Assembly (NCBI GenBank): GCA_963800095.1
Contig: CAWCZV010000015.1
Coordinates: 35,661-99,660, forward strand
Reading direction: 5' to 3'
Length of the DNA: 64,000 bases
Origin: an uncultured Acidobacteriota bacterium
GTDB lineage: Bacteria > Acidobacteriota > Terriglobia > Acidiferrales > UBA7541
Shown: one piece after another, positions 56,279 through 64,000 of the stretch
Position numbering within the stretch: the first letter of the stretch is position 1
How the letters are laid out: every line of letters begins with the position of its first letter
The notes under the pieces: model-generated
The model's input: only the letters and a program-made list of their open reading frames with translations
What the model was told of the DNA's origin: nothing
Database searches by the model: none
Translations under genes and position numbers: made by a program

Positions 56279-57016
56279 CTATTTCCCCTGCGAATAAATG
56301 GCTGAGTGTTCCGCACATATGCTCTTAAAATCGTCGTCTTCCTCTCGGTAAGCGCTGCTCATCTCATACCCGCAGAGGATGTCAACGTCGTGGGTTATGG
56401 CTAACTGGTTCCCCAACTGTTCAAGGCGAATCGCGGCGTCCGCTTTACCTTCCTTCCACAAGAGAGACACCCATTCTCCAAAAACGGCGACGCGGCGATG
56501 CGCTGTTTTCCCTGTTTTCGCGGCTTCCTCAATGAAGCCGCCCACAACCTTCAAAAAGCGATCCGATTCTGGCATGTCATTCACCATAAATATGGAGAGT
56601 GTGCCGGCGGCATCCACCGCGACATACGAGCCCGCTTTAATCGCGGCATCAACATCCAAGCCCTCCGACTTCAACCTCAGGACAAGGCTATCCCGGTGCG
56701 ATTCGGTCGCAACAATGATGGCCGCATCACCCCTTTTCAGAGCGGCCGCGACAAAAGGAACAAGGCGGTCGAGAAGCACCATGTCATCCGAATAGAATTG
56801 AACTTCATGGTGGTTAGGGGTTTTAGCTCCTCGCTCTAGGATCTGAGTAAGCTCTTGCCTCAATGCGTTTTCCACCAGAACCGATTGGCTTTCTCCGCGA
56901 GCGACTTGGCTGACGTATGAGGCATCGACGCCAAGCTGACGAGCCACCCGCTCGTAAAGACCTCTAAGCTGGGGTGACAAGTCCTTCGGTGCGCGAATAT
57001 ATGTGACCTTCCTCAT
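56279..57016 (-). CDS. MEDS-domain putative sensor/regulator with an N-terminal HTH-like segment
   Basis: HHEVQFYSDDMVLLDRLVPFVAAALKRGDAAIIVAT matches the opening of the MEDS domain as I recall it. The N-terminal LGVDASYVSQVARGE looks like an HTH recognition helix. Confidence 0.5.
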   Translation of the reverse strand: MRKVTYIRAPKDLSPQLRGLYERVARQLGVDASYVSQVARGESQSVLVENALRQELTQILERGAKTPNHHEVQFYSDDMVLLDRLVPFVAAALKRGDAAIIVATESHRDSLVLRLKSEGLDVDAAIKAGSYVAVDAAGTLSIFMVNDMPESDRFLKVVGGFIEEAAKTGKTAHRRVAVFGEWVSLLWKEGKADAAIRLEQLGNQLAITHDVDILCGYEMSSAYREEDDDFKSICAEHSAIYSQGK

Positions 57017-57477
57017 TGTTCGTTGCCAATGATTCCAGTTGCGATTTGAAGAATGACCTTCCTAGGGAGCCTCGGCATGGGACCACCATGAATGGCGCGA
57101 GGACTCTATTTTTGCCGGATATCAGATGAACCTCGTATTTCCCATTCTTATAGCACCAATATGATCAAGAAACTAGGAGGGGACCAAAAATCAATTCAAT
57201 AGGCTGGTAAAGATCTGAAAGTACAAAATAGGTTGGTCTTCCTGAATGGTGGCTTTTCACGGAATTACCCGTTGATTGGCTGCTAACAGTCCACAGCAAC
57301 CCGTGAACCGCAGGTGTAGCCGAATTTGTCCGTACGTGGTAGTACCCCGCGCGTTGCTTGACCCTTGTGGCCTGCTTGAATAGACTGGCCGCTCAAACGG
57401 CCTATTTGAGCGGGTTGTTGTTGCTTGAGTGAGCGCAGCGGCCTGAATCGGAGGGCCGGTCTTCGGAGGAGGTGGTC

Positions 57478-58380
57478 ATGCGAAAGCGTGCGGTGTTTTT
57501 GGCAATTTTTCCGCTGATTGCGGCGCTGGCCTTTCAGATCGCCGCGTCTGCTCAAAATGCGCAGGATGGACCGAAGGCAACCTGGCCGGATCCGGTCTGG
57601 AATAGACCGCCGATCGCGCCGGCGGACCGCAGGCCCGCTCCAAAGCGAAATTTGACCGGCATGTGGGGGACGCTCGCGGCAGGCTCTGGAATCCAGGCCG
57701 GCGGCGTGCAATTGAAGCCCAACAACGGCCAGCCAGAAAACGCTCTCCCGTACACGCCGTACGGTCTTGAGCTGTACAAATCGCACAAGGCGCTTGAGGG
57801 CGCCGACGCGGTCCTGCCCATGCAGACCAACGATCCCCGGAACAAGTGCGAGCCGTTGGGAATACCGCGCTACAATCACTACAACCTCCGGCTGACGCAG
57901 ATCTTCCAGGACGATTACAAAGTGGCGATCCTGTATCACTACGACAACCGCTGGCGCGTCATTTGGACCGACGGGAGGCCGTTGCCCAAACTACTGGACG
58001 GCGCCGTCGAACTGGACGGACAGATCCGCGAACAGCGGTTTTTCGGTTATTCGGTAGGCAAATGGCTGGACGATTATACTTTCCAGGTCGATACGGTCGG
58101 AACGATGCCGGAAGATCGCGTCTGGCTTGATTCCACCGGCCGGCCCATCAGCGACCAGATACACGTGACAGAAACCTTCCATCGCATCAGCGCCGATGAA
58201 ATGGAATGGTCAGAGACGATCGAGGATCCGAAGGTTTACACCAAGCCGTGGGAAACCATGAAAATGCCCCTGCGATTGCAGGATCCCCGCACCGATATTA
58301 TGGAGTATTACTGCTCGCCCGTGGAGGCCGAGAATTACAACAAGCGTTTCGGCAGCGCCACAGGCGCGAATGGCAAGTAA
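57478..58380 (+). CDS. Secreted partner protein, module copy 3
   Basis: SD GGAGGAGG precedes ATG 57478 and the product has a signal peptide. Shared blocks: NLTGMWG, ILYHYDNRWRVIWTDGR, FFGYSVGKWLDDYTFQVDT, ISDQIHVTETF, EDPKVYTKPWE. Confidence 0.65.
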   Translation: MRKRAVFLAIFPLIAALAFQIAASAQNAQDGPKATWPDPVWNRPPIAPADRRPAPKRNLTGMWGTLAAGSGIQAGGVQLKPNNGQPENALPYTPYGLELYKSHKALEGADAVLPMQTNDPRNKCEPLGIPRYNHYNLRLTQIFQDDYKVAILYHYDNRWRVIWTDGRPLPKLLDGAVELDGQIREQRFFGYSVGKWLDDYTFQVDTVGTMPEDRVWLDSTGRPISDQIHVTETFHRISADEMEWSETIEDPKVYTKPWETMKMPLRLQDPRTDIMEYYCSPVEAENYNKRFGSATGANGK

Positions 58381-58637
58381 GCCGAACCTGGTTTCCGCGA
58401 CCTTGATTGGCGGACCCGCCGCAGGCCCGACACTTAGGTAATCAAATTGGGTAACGCAACGTCACACCGGCGGTGTGATGGGCGCGACACGTTCGCCAGT
58501 TTCTGGACACTTCCTAAATGGCTGGATGATTGGAGTATACTTGCGCCAATCGTCGGAAGGCGGGCCGACACCAAGCCATCGTCAAGATCAGGAGACCTAT
58601 CACTCTAGAATATCGGCCTTGACAGAACGGAGGAGCA

Positions 58638-59048
58638 ATGAGAAACAAGTTTGTTGTCTTCGTGGTTCTCGTCATTGGACTGGTGATATCAGCGCCGTTG
58701 TTCGCGCACCATGGCGCCGCATCGTTTGACATCGAGAAGAAAGTGGTCCTCAAAGGGACCGTCAAGGAGTGGCTCTACTCCAATCCGCACTGCTTGTTGA
58801 CCATCGAAGTGAAAGGCGAAGACGGCAAAGTGACGGAGTGGATTGCCGAGACCCAGTCTCCCGCCGTGACGTACCCGGCCGGTTATCGCAAGAATTCTTT
58901 TAAGCCCGGCGATCAGGTGACGGTAAAGATTGAACCGGTCAAGAGCGGCCAGCCAGCCGGTCGCATCATCGCCGTACTGACGGCGGACGGTACCCAACTG
59001 GGTGATTCGAGCTCTCAGCCCGTCAAGGGCGTTACGGAGTTGAAGTAA
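58638..59048 (+). CDS. Small secreted DUF6152-like protein, module copy 3
   Basis: SD GGAGGAG precedes ATG 58638. The product reads MRNKFVVFVVLVIGLVISAPLFA|HHGAASFD...WLYSNPHCLLTIEV. Confidence 0.65.
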   Translation: MRNKFVVFVVLVIGLVISAPLFAHHGAASFDIEKKVVLKGTVKEWLYSNPHCLLTIEVKGEDGKVTEWIAETQSPAVTYPAGYRKNSFKPGDQVTVKIEPVKSGQPAGRIIAVLTADGTQLGDSSSQPVKGVTELK

Positions 59049-59515
59049 TAGTCCGGAAATCCTGACCGATGGGCCGCCTGCCCGGGCGGCTTATCGGTCA
59101 CAGTGACGGGCGATTTGAAGACCCGGGCCGAACTCCCATCTTCTTCGTTCTATCAATCATCCATTGACGGTGGCACCTTGACGGTAAGGGATATAGGGCG
59201 AGCCAAAGTTGCCCCCTGTGCCAGATTTTGGGTTGGGGAGACTCAATGTCGGAGTGGCAATGTGAAACTATCGGTGCAATGAAAGGGATTCAGAAACCAG
59301 AATAGTGCGTTTGATCGGTTTCGGATTGGATCACTGCATCACTTCCGAATCATCTGGGTGGATGGCAAACCCCAGCGTCTTACCAAGATGGAATATTGAC
59401 CGCCTTTACGATCCTGTTGGTGGCGATGTGTTTGTGGATTGCAAGCGGATCGCTGACTACAAAACAATGTCTACGGTCCTCCTCAACCACGACTTGTCCG
59501 TGTCCACGAGAACCG

Positions 59516-62500
59516 TCACTCGATTGTAAGTGCGGCATCGAGGGTGTATGTCGAGCCACTAGGATTGGCAACGGTGATGGAGAGTGCTCCGCTCGGAAGC
59601 GAGCCGGGGATAACCGCTTGAAGCGTATCCTCATCGACGAAAGTGGCGCTGCTCGTTGCACCGCCAAATGAGACGGTCGTCGTGGGCGTAAATCCGCTGC
59701 CGCGGATCGTGACGGTCGCTCCGGAAGCGCCCGCGCCGGGCGTGACGCTGCCGATGGAGAGCGGCACAGCATCGAGCGTCACCACGGTCAGCCCCGCAGT
59801 CGTAATCAGGAAGATGTTCTGGCCAGCCGGGTCCATCGTCATGGCGATTGTTCCCGGGCTTGTGAACTGCTCGGACAGGATTACCCTTTCGCGCAGCTCG
59901 CTGTGCCCGACGTTGAAGATGTCGATCGCGTTCTCAGTGAAAGAAACGGACTCGCTCGAAGTGCCGAACACGACCGGCATGTACGCAAGGCTTCCCGCAT
60001 CGTTCAACCGCAATCCCACCACCGGCGCGCGACTCGACCCTGCGAATTCGGACGTCCCGGTTCTGCTGAGAATGTCTGTCGCGGGATCCATGAAAACCAC
60101 GTCCAAGCCGAATGTTGGACCCGAGCCTTGTCCTGAAACAGCAAGGACGTTACCGTCGCCCGACATCGCGTTATCGCCCAGATATCCTCCTGTGCCGTGG
60201 CCGTTGGACCACGTTCCAGTTGCCGCCGTCCATACCGCGGAACTGAAACCGGTGTATGCATAGACGATCGAGCCGTCTCGCGAACTCACCATGGTTGAAT
60301 TGGCTTGGCTGGAAATCGTGACATTGAGGGTGGCGAGGTCGAGTTGGTAGAGCTGGAGCGCGATGCCCGCCTCAGGATTGATATTTTCCGTGGTGATGAA
60401 AGCCAGGCCGGTGCTCGTGGTCGTGATGTAACTCGGCTGAGCGTAGCCGTACGACGGAAGAATCTCGACGGCCTTCGCGGACTGTGGGTTGTCGGGATCG
60501 ATCAGTGCAACAGAGCCGTCGGCGGCGTTCGCGGCGAGAAGCATCGAATTGTCCGGAGTCAGCGCCAGCCCCACCAGCTGGATCTGGCCGTTGAGCGTCG
60601 GCGGCGTGATTGAGGGAAGGAACTGGCGGGCGCCGACCGAGAACACATCAATGTGAGTGCCCGCGCTCAAATAGACATACTGGCGTTTGGGATCGTAGAG
60701 GGGGAACTGCAGAGTGTCCGGCGAGGCGTAGTCCTTGACGCTCTGAACGTAATGCAGGCCGCCCGGAATCACCGCGGTCCCAGACTCGGAAGTGACTCGA
60801 ATGTCCACAGGACCAGGCGCGCCGGCCGGAACGAGCGTTCGAATGTCTTCCAAAGGGAATGGATACTCGGCCTCCGCCGGAAAAAGGTCACTAAAGGTGA
60901 CCGAGCTGCTTTGACTGCCGAATTGCACCGTGGAGGGTTGCCCATTCATATCCGATCCGAATCCATACCCAAATAATTCAGCCGTTACTCCGCCTGAAGG
61001 CGGCGCGGCAAGGATCGGATTATTTACGGCCACCGCGCCATAGGTAAATCCCTGGGGAATGTTTCCCTCGGTGCCGTCGGGGCTGATCAATTTCACATTA
61101 ACGGGGCCGGGCGAGGGCGAAGGTGGCGCCGTCGCCTGCGCTTGCTGGAACGAGTTCAGCATCAAGTTCGTTCCCCGCAAATTGCCGAACCACACGTCCG
61201 GGATCCAATTGAAAAACTGCGTCGAGATGGTGACGGGCGTGGAACCGTTCTGAGGCCCCTCCGCGGGGGTCGTGATAATCGTCCACACCGGCGCCTGGGC
61301 GTTGGCTGAAAAATTCTGGAAATTCGTCGAGTCGTCGAGCGCAACGCCGTGATCCCCCGCGCCGAACACCATTCCGGTCGAATCAGCCGCCATGGGCGCC
61401 TCGATCAGGAGCGGCGGGTAGCGCTCGAAATAGGCGATGTTGGTGGCATACGCGGGCGCCTGGCCGGTGATCTGATACGTCGTGGCGTCAATCGTCGAGA
61501 TCAACGGAACGTTGTTGGGTTCGGAGACGATGTACAACGACCTGCCGTCGGAGCTATACATCAGGCCGGTAGTGAGCCCGCCGACCGGCGCCACGCCGAG
61601 GGTGTTGAACTGCGTGTCCAGGAAATAGATTCCCTCGCCGTTCACCGCCACGACGAACTGCGTCCCGTTCGGATTCGCCGCCACAGCGAAGGTGGTGTCG
61701 CTAAAGGATCGCGAAGCCACTACGCTATCCGACGCCGAATCGTATAAAACGATGCCCCCGGCGAAGGCCGTCTCGGAATCCGCAAGGATCGCCTTTGAGC
61801 CGTCCGCACTCCGTGCACCAATCGTGCCGAATGCCGATTGCGGTTGCGTTACTTGCCCTGCGGCCGGGTCCCACTCCAGCACTCCGCTTGGGACCGTTCC
61901 CGACCCCACAAACAGTACCTTGCCGTTGGCCATCACCAATGGCGTAGCCGCCATGACCGTTTGCGGGTTGCAGGGACAATTGGGTTGAAGCAGGGGAAGG
62001 ATGTCCTGCTCGGCAATCCGCTGCGTCGCCGTATCGATCCATGCCACCCTCGCCGCCAACCGACCGGTCGAGAGAACGCGCCTGCCGTCCGGCGTGAGCG
62101 AAAGCCCGAAGGCGTCCGGCACCGGAACCATTGTCAGCACCTGCCCTGTCGCAGGGGAGATCACGGCCACACGGCTGCGGTTGGGCAGGGCCGCATAGAT
62201 GTACTGATGCACCGGGTCGTAAACCATCGAAGAGGGCGTGTCTTCGGTCGCCACAAAATTCGTCCGGTTTCCGGCCAGCACGCCGGGTGGAGGAGCAATT
62301 TCGAAATTGAACGTGTACGAAGAAGTGGCGCCGTCGGTCCGCCGTGTTGCTACAAGCTGTCCGGTGCCGTTGCTGACAAGGGTAGCATTGGGGTTTGCGC
62401 TGAGTGTGAATGACTGCTGGCTGTTCGCTCCGGGAAGCGGATTCTGCGAAAACGATGCCGTGACGCCTGGCGATAAACCGGAGACGCTCAGGTCAACGTC

Positions 62501-63028
62501 GAAGCTGGTGTAACCGCTGGCACTGTCGGTGATGTTGAAGATCGCCGACGTGGATCCGCCTTGGCGGACGATCAGGTTCGACGCCATCGAACTCAGACTG
62601 AATGTTGCGAGCGGTTCGATCTGGAGCGACGCGGATGTGTTCGAAGAAAGGCTGCCGCTCGTGGCGTTGAAGCCCAGCGCGTAGGTGCCATTCGTAACCC
62701 CCGCGCCCGCGGTCAGCGTCAGCGTCTGGGCTGTGGAAAGCGAAAACGGAGAGACTGGCGACGTGGTCACTCCTGCCGGCAATCCCGAAATGCTGACCGA
62801 GGCCGTTCCGGAAAATCCGCTGATCGGAAACAGCTGAAGCTGAATCTGCGCCGTGGTATTCGCCGAAATCGAGACGCTGGAAGGGGTGGCGGAAATCGCA
62901 AACGACGCAGGCACGCCGGACGACGGAGTAAACGTGGAGGTTCCTCCGCCACCGCAGCCGGCGAGGAGCGCGGCAGAGACGAACAAGGCCGCGCGCCGGG
63001 CCCGCCGCTTCGTCGATTCCGTCTTCAT
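59516..63028 (-). CDS. Large lipoprotein with Ig-like, beta-propeller and C-terminal IPT/TIG domains
   Basis: ATG 63028 gives a signal peptide with lipobox LLAG|C. The central region has repeats typical of YncE/lactonase-type propellers. The C-terminal GSVTPGAGASGATVTIRGSGFTPTTTVSFGG...LQAVIPG is an IPT/TIG signature. Confidence 0.65.
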   Translation of the reverse strand: MKTESTKRRARRAALFVSAALLAGCGGGGTSTFTPSSGVPASFAISATPSSVSISANTTAQIQLQLFPISGFSGTASVSISGLPAGVTTSPVSPFSLSTAQTLTLTAGAGVTNGTYALGFNATSGSLSSNTSASLQIEPLATFSLSSMASNLIVRQGGSTSAIFNITDSASGYTSFDVDLSVSGLSPGVTASFSQNPLPGANSQQSFTLSANPNATLVSNGTGQLVATRRTDGATSSYTFNFEIAPPPGVLAGNRTNFVATEDTPSSMVYDPVHQYIYAALPNRSRVAVISPATGQVLTMVPVPDAFGLSLTPDGRRVLSTGRLAARVAWIDTATQRIAEQDILPLLQPNCPCNPQTVMAATPLVMANGKVLFVGSGTVPSGVLEWDPAAGQVTQPQSAFGTIGARSADGSKAILADSETAFAGGIVLYDSASDSVVASRSFSDTTFAVAANPNGTQFVVAVNGEGIYFLDTQFNTLGVAPVGGLTTGLMYSSDGRSLYIVSEPNNVPLISTIDATTYQITGQAPAYATNIAYFERYPPLLIEAPMAADSTGMVFGAGDHGVALDDSTNFQNFSANAQAPVWTIITTPAEGPQNGSTPVTISTQFFNWIPDVWFGNLRGTNLMLNSFQQAQATAPPSPSPGPVNVKLISPDGTEGNIPQGFTYGAVAVNNPILAAPPSGGVTAELFGYGFGSDMNGQPSTVQFGSQSSSVTFSDLFPAEAEYPFPLEDIRTLVPAGAPGPVDIRVTSESGTAVIPGGLHYVQSVKDYASPDTLQFPLYDPKRQYVYLSAGTHIDVFSVGARQFLPSITPPTLNGQIQLVGLALTPDNSMLLAANAADGSVALIDPDNPQSAKAVEILPSYGYAQPSYITTTSTGLAFITTENINPEAGIALQLYQLDLATLNVTISSQANSTMVSSRDGSIVYAYTGFSSAVWTAATGTWSNGHGTGGYLGDNAMSGDGNVLAVSGQGSGPTFGLDVVFMDPATDILSRTGTSEFAGSSRAPVVGLRLNDAGSLAYMPVVFGTSSESVSFTENAIDIFNVGHSELRERVILSEQFTSPGTIAMTMDPAGQNIFLITTAGLTVVTLDAVPLSIGSVTPGAGASGATVTIRGSGFTPTTTVSFGGATSSATFVDEDTLQAVIPGSLPSGALSITVANPSGSTYTLDAALTIE

Positions 63029-63086
63029 AAAGCATCCGCTGAGTTCCACTTCGCATTCCTCCGCGAACCGGAAGAAGCCGCGCCAC

Positions 63087-64000
63087 TTACCGCCGCGGAG
63101 AATTCATGACGTGCGAAAGCCGTGGCGCTCCGTGCGCCGCGCCGGAACCCGCGGATTTCGAGCCCGCGTTCGGCTGCGTGCGATCGGCGGCGGCCGCCGC
63201 CATGCGCACGAGCCCGGAGCGCGCCGCAAGCACGTAGGGAAGCGGCGGCGGCTCGGCCAGCGACGTCAAGTCGATTACCGCGATACCGTCGCCGTTCTGG
63301 CCTGTAATCGCCACCAGGATGTTGTCCTTGCCGTCGCTCGCCAATGCGTCGAAGTTGCCGTTGAGCGTCACCGGCAAGGCGATCCGATCCAGCAGCGTCC
63401 CAAGGTGCCCATCCAACACATCCAGGCTGTTCGTACCGGGCGCAAACAGGAAGCTTCCGTCGGGACTCATTTTTTCACCGTAGACGTAGGTTTGGTTCCA
63501 CGTTTCGCGGGGAGTCAGAGCCACATAAGACTCCTCGTTCAGGTCCGTATCCAGGAGAAATTCCGCGGCGGACATCCAGGTCTGGTTGCTCGCCAGCGCC
63601 AGCTCGTAGTCCCCGCCAATGGCGCCGGAATTGAAGAAGGGAGCGTCCGTGGCCGTATCAAGTGCGTACACCAGCCCGCCGAAATTGCCGTACAAGCGAG
63701 CATTGTCGCTGCTCAGCAGCAGCCGCACGTATGCATCCGCGCCAAAGTTGCCGGCCTGCAATTGGTAGTGCGTGACGGTGCCGGTCGAGGTGTCCAGGCG
63801 GTGGAGCGACCATCCGCCGGTGAAGTCGATATAGAACGCGTTGTAATAAATGATTCCGGAGTCGGTAACGGCAAGGCCGCCCGGAAAACTGCCTTGCTCG
63901 AAGGCGGTATTCGGCAACGAAAATGTCTGGATCGAATTGGGAGTGTCGGGATTTAGAAGATAAATGAGATCGGCTCCCGGATCGGAGATCGCGAGTTTGG
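63087..64000 (-). CDS. Beta-propeller repeat protein, 5'-truncated by the window edge
   Basis: The track starts this ORF at TTG 63917. The same frame stays open to position 64000 (KLAISDPGADLIYLLNPDTPNSIQTFS precedes it), so the gene probably continues beyond the window. It looks like the same protein type as the propeller part of 59516..63028. Confidence 0.55.
   Translation of the reverse strand, partial: KLAISDPGADLIYLLNPDTPNSIQTFSLPNTAFEQGSFPGGLAVTDSGIIYYNAFYIDFTGGWSLHRLDTSTGTVTHYQLQAGNFGADAYVRLLLSSDNARLYGNFGGLVYALDTATDAPFFNSGAIGGDYELALASNQTWMSAAEFLLDTDLNEESYVALTPRETWNQTYVYGEKMSPDGSFLFAPGTNSLDVLDGHLGTLLDRIALPVTLNGNFDALASDGKDNILVAITGQNGDGIAVIDLTSLAEPPPLPYVLAARSGLVRMAAAAADRTQPNAGSKSAGSGAAHGAPRLSHVMNSPRR

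Noticed and set aside
1-64000. CRISPR arrays, rRNA genes, prophage structural modules or recognisable defence-system genes (ATPase/nuclease/helicase sets).
   Set aside because: I saw no regularly spaced direct repeats and no Cas-like, restriction-modification-like or phage-like proteins in any frame. The only tandem or inverted repeats are the REP/MITE-like elements and IS termini listed above.

Overview
High-GC bacterial chromosomal window. The gene content suggests a soil Acidobacteriota-type genome (inference only): prepilin-like G|FSLIELL proteins, CarboxypepD_reg repeat proteins, an M61 peptidase and many GC-rich palindromic intergenic repeats. I can support about 55 protein genes. By eye I found no rRNA gene, tRNA gene or CRISPR array. 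Layout: 0-2.4 kb holds envelope and signalling genes, including a frameshifted FKBP gene. 3-15 kb is an oxygenase-rich catabolic block (TauD/TfdA, two FAD monooxygenases, a hydrolase, an MFS transporter, a dehydrogenase, a radical SAM enzyme). 15.8-30.9 kb holds peptidases and hydrolases (M61, tryptophanase-family lyase, tannase-like esterase, amidohydrolase, M29 aminopeptidase), a bactofilin and a cytochrome b-molybdoenzyme fusion. 31.4-36 kb is a mobile-element nest: an IS110-family gene followed by an apparently intact group II intron with canonical domains V and VI. 37.7-39.7 kb encodes a SorAB-like sulfite dehydrogenase. 39.99-40.99 kb is an IS903-like IS with perfect 18-bp IRs and a 9-bp duplication. 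47-55 kb is an envelope and c-di-GMP block (a CarboxypepD_reg repeat giant, an IS1595 insertion, a PilZ-TonB fusion, a FecR-domain protein, a PilZ protein). 59.5-64 kb holds two large beta-propeller/IPT lipoproteins, the second running off the window edge. The best candidate for an undescribed system is a secreted two-gene module present three times (3.1-4.5, 10.8-12.1 and 57.5-59.0 kb). It pairs a ~120-aa DUF6152-like protein, whose predicted mature N-terminus is His-His in all three copies, with a ~280-aa uncharacterised secreted partner, and the gene order and orientation differ in each copy. Other points worth a second look: two REP-like repeat types plus a MITE-like hairpin cluster; a duplicated pilin-like unit with an equal-length 253-nt leader and a compensatory change in its terminator stem; a 15-nt perfect complement of the universal 16S rRNA 3' end inside a tiny candidate transcription unit; and a radical SAM gene with no SD of its own, preceded by a mini-ORF. 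All family assignments rest on motif recognition from the translations. No database search was run.
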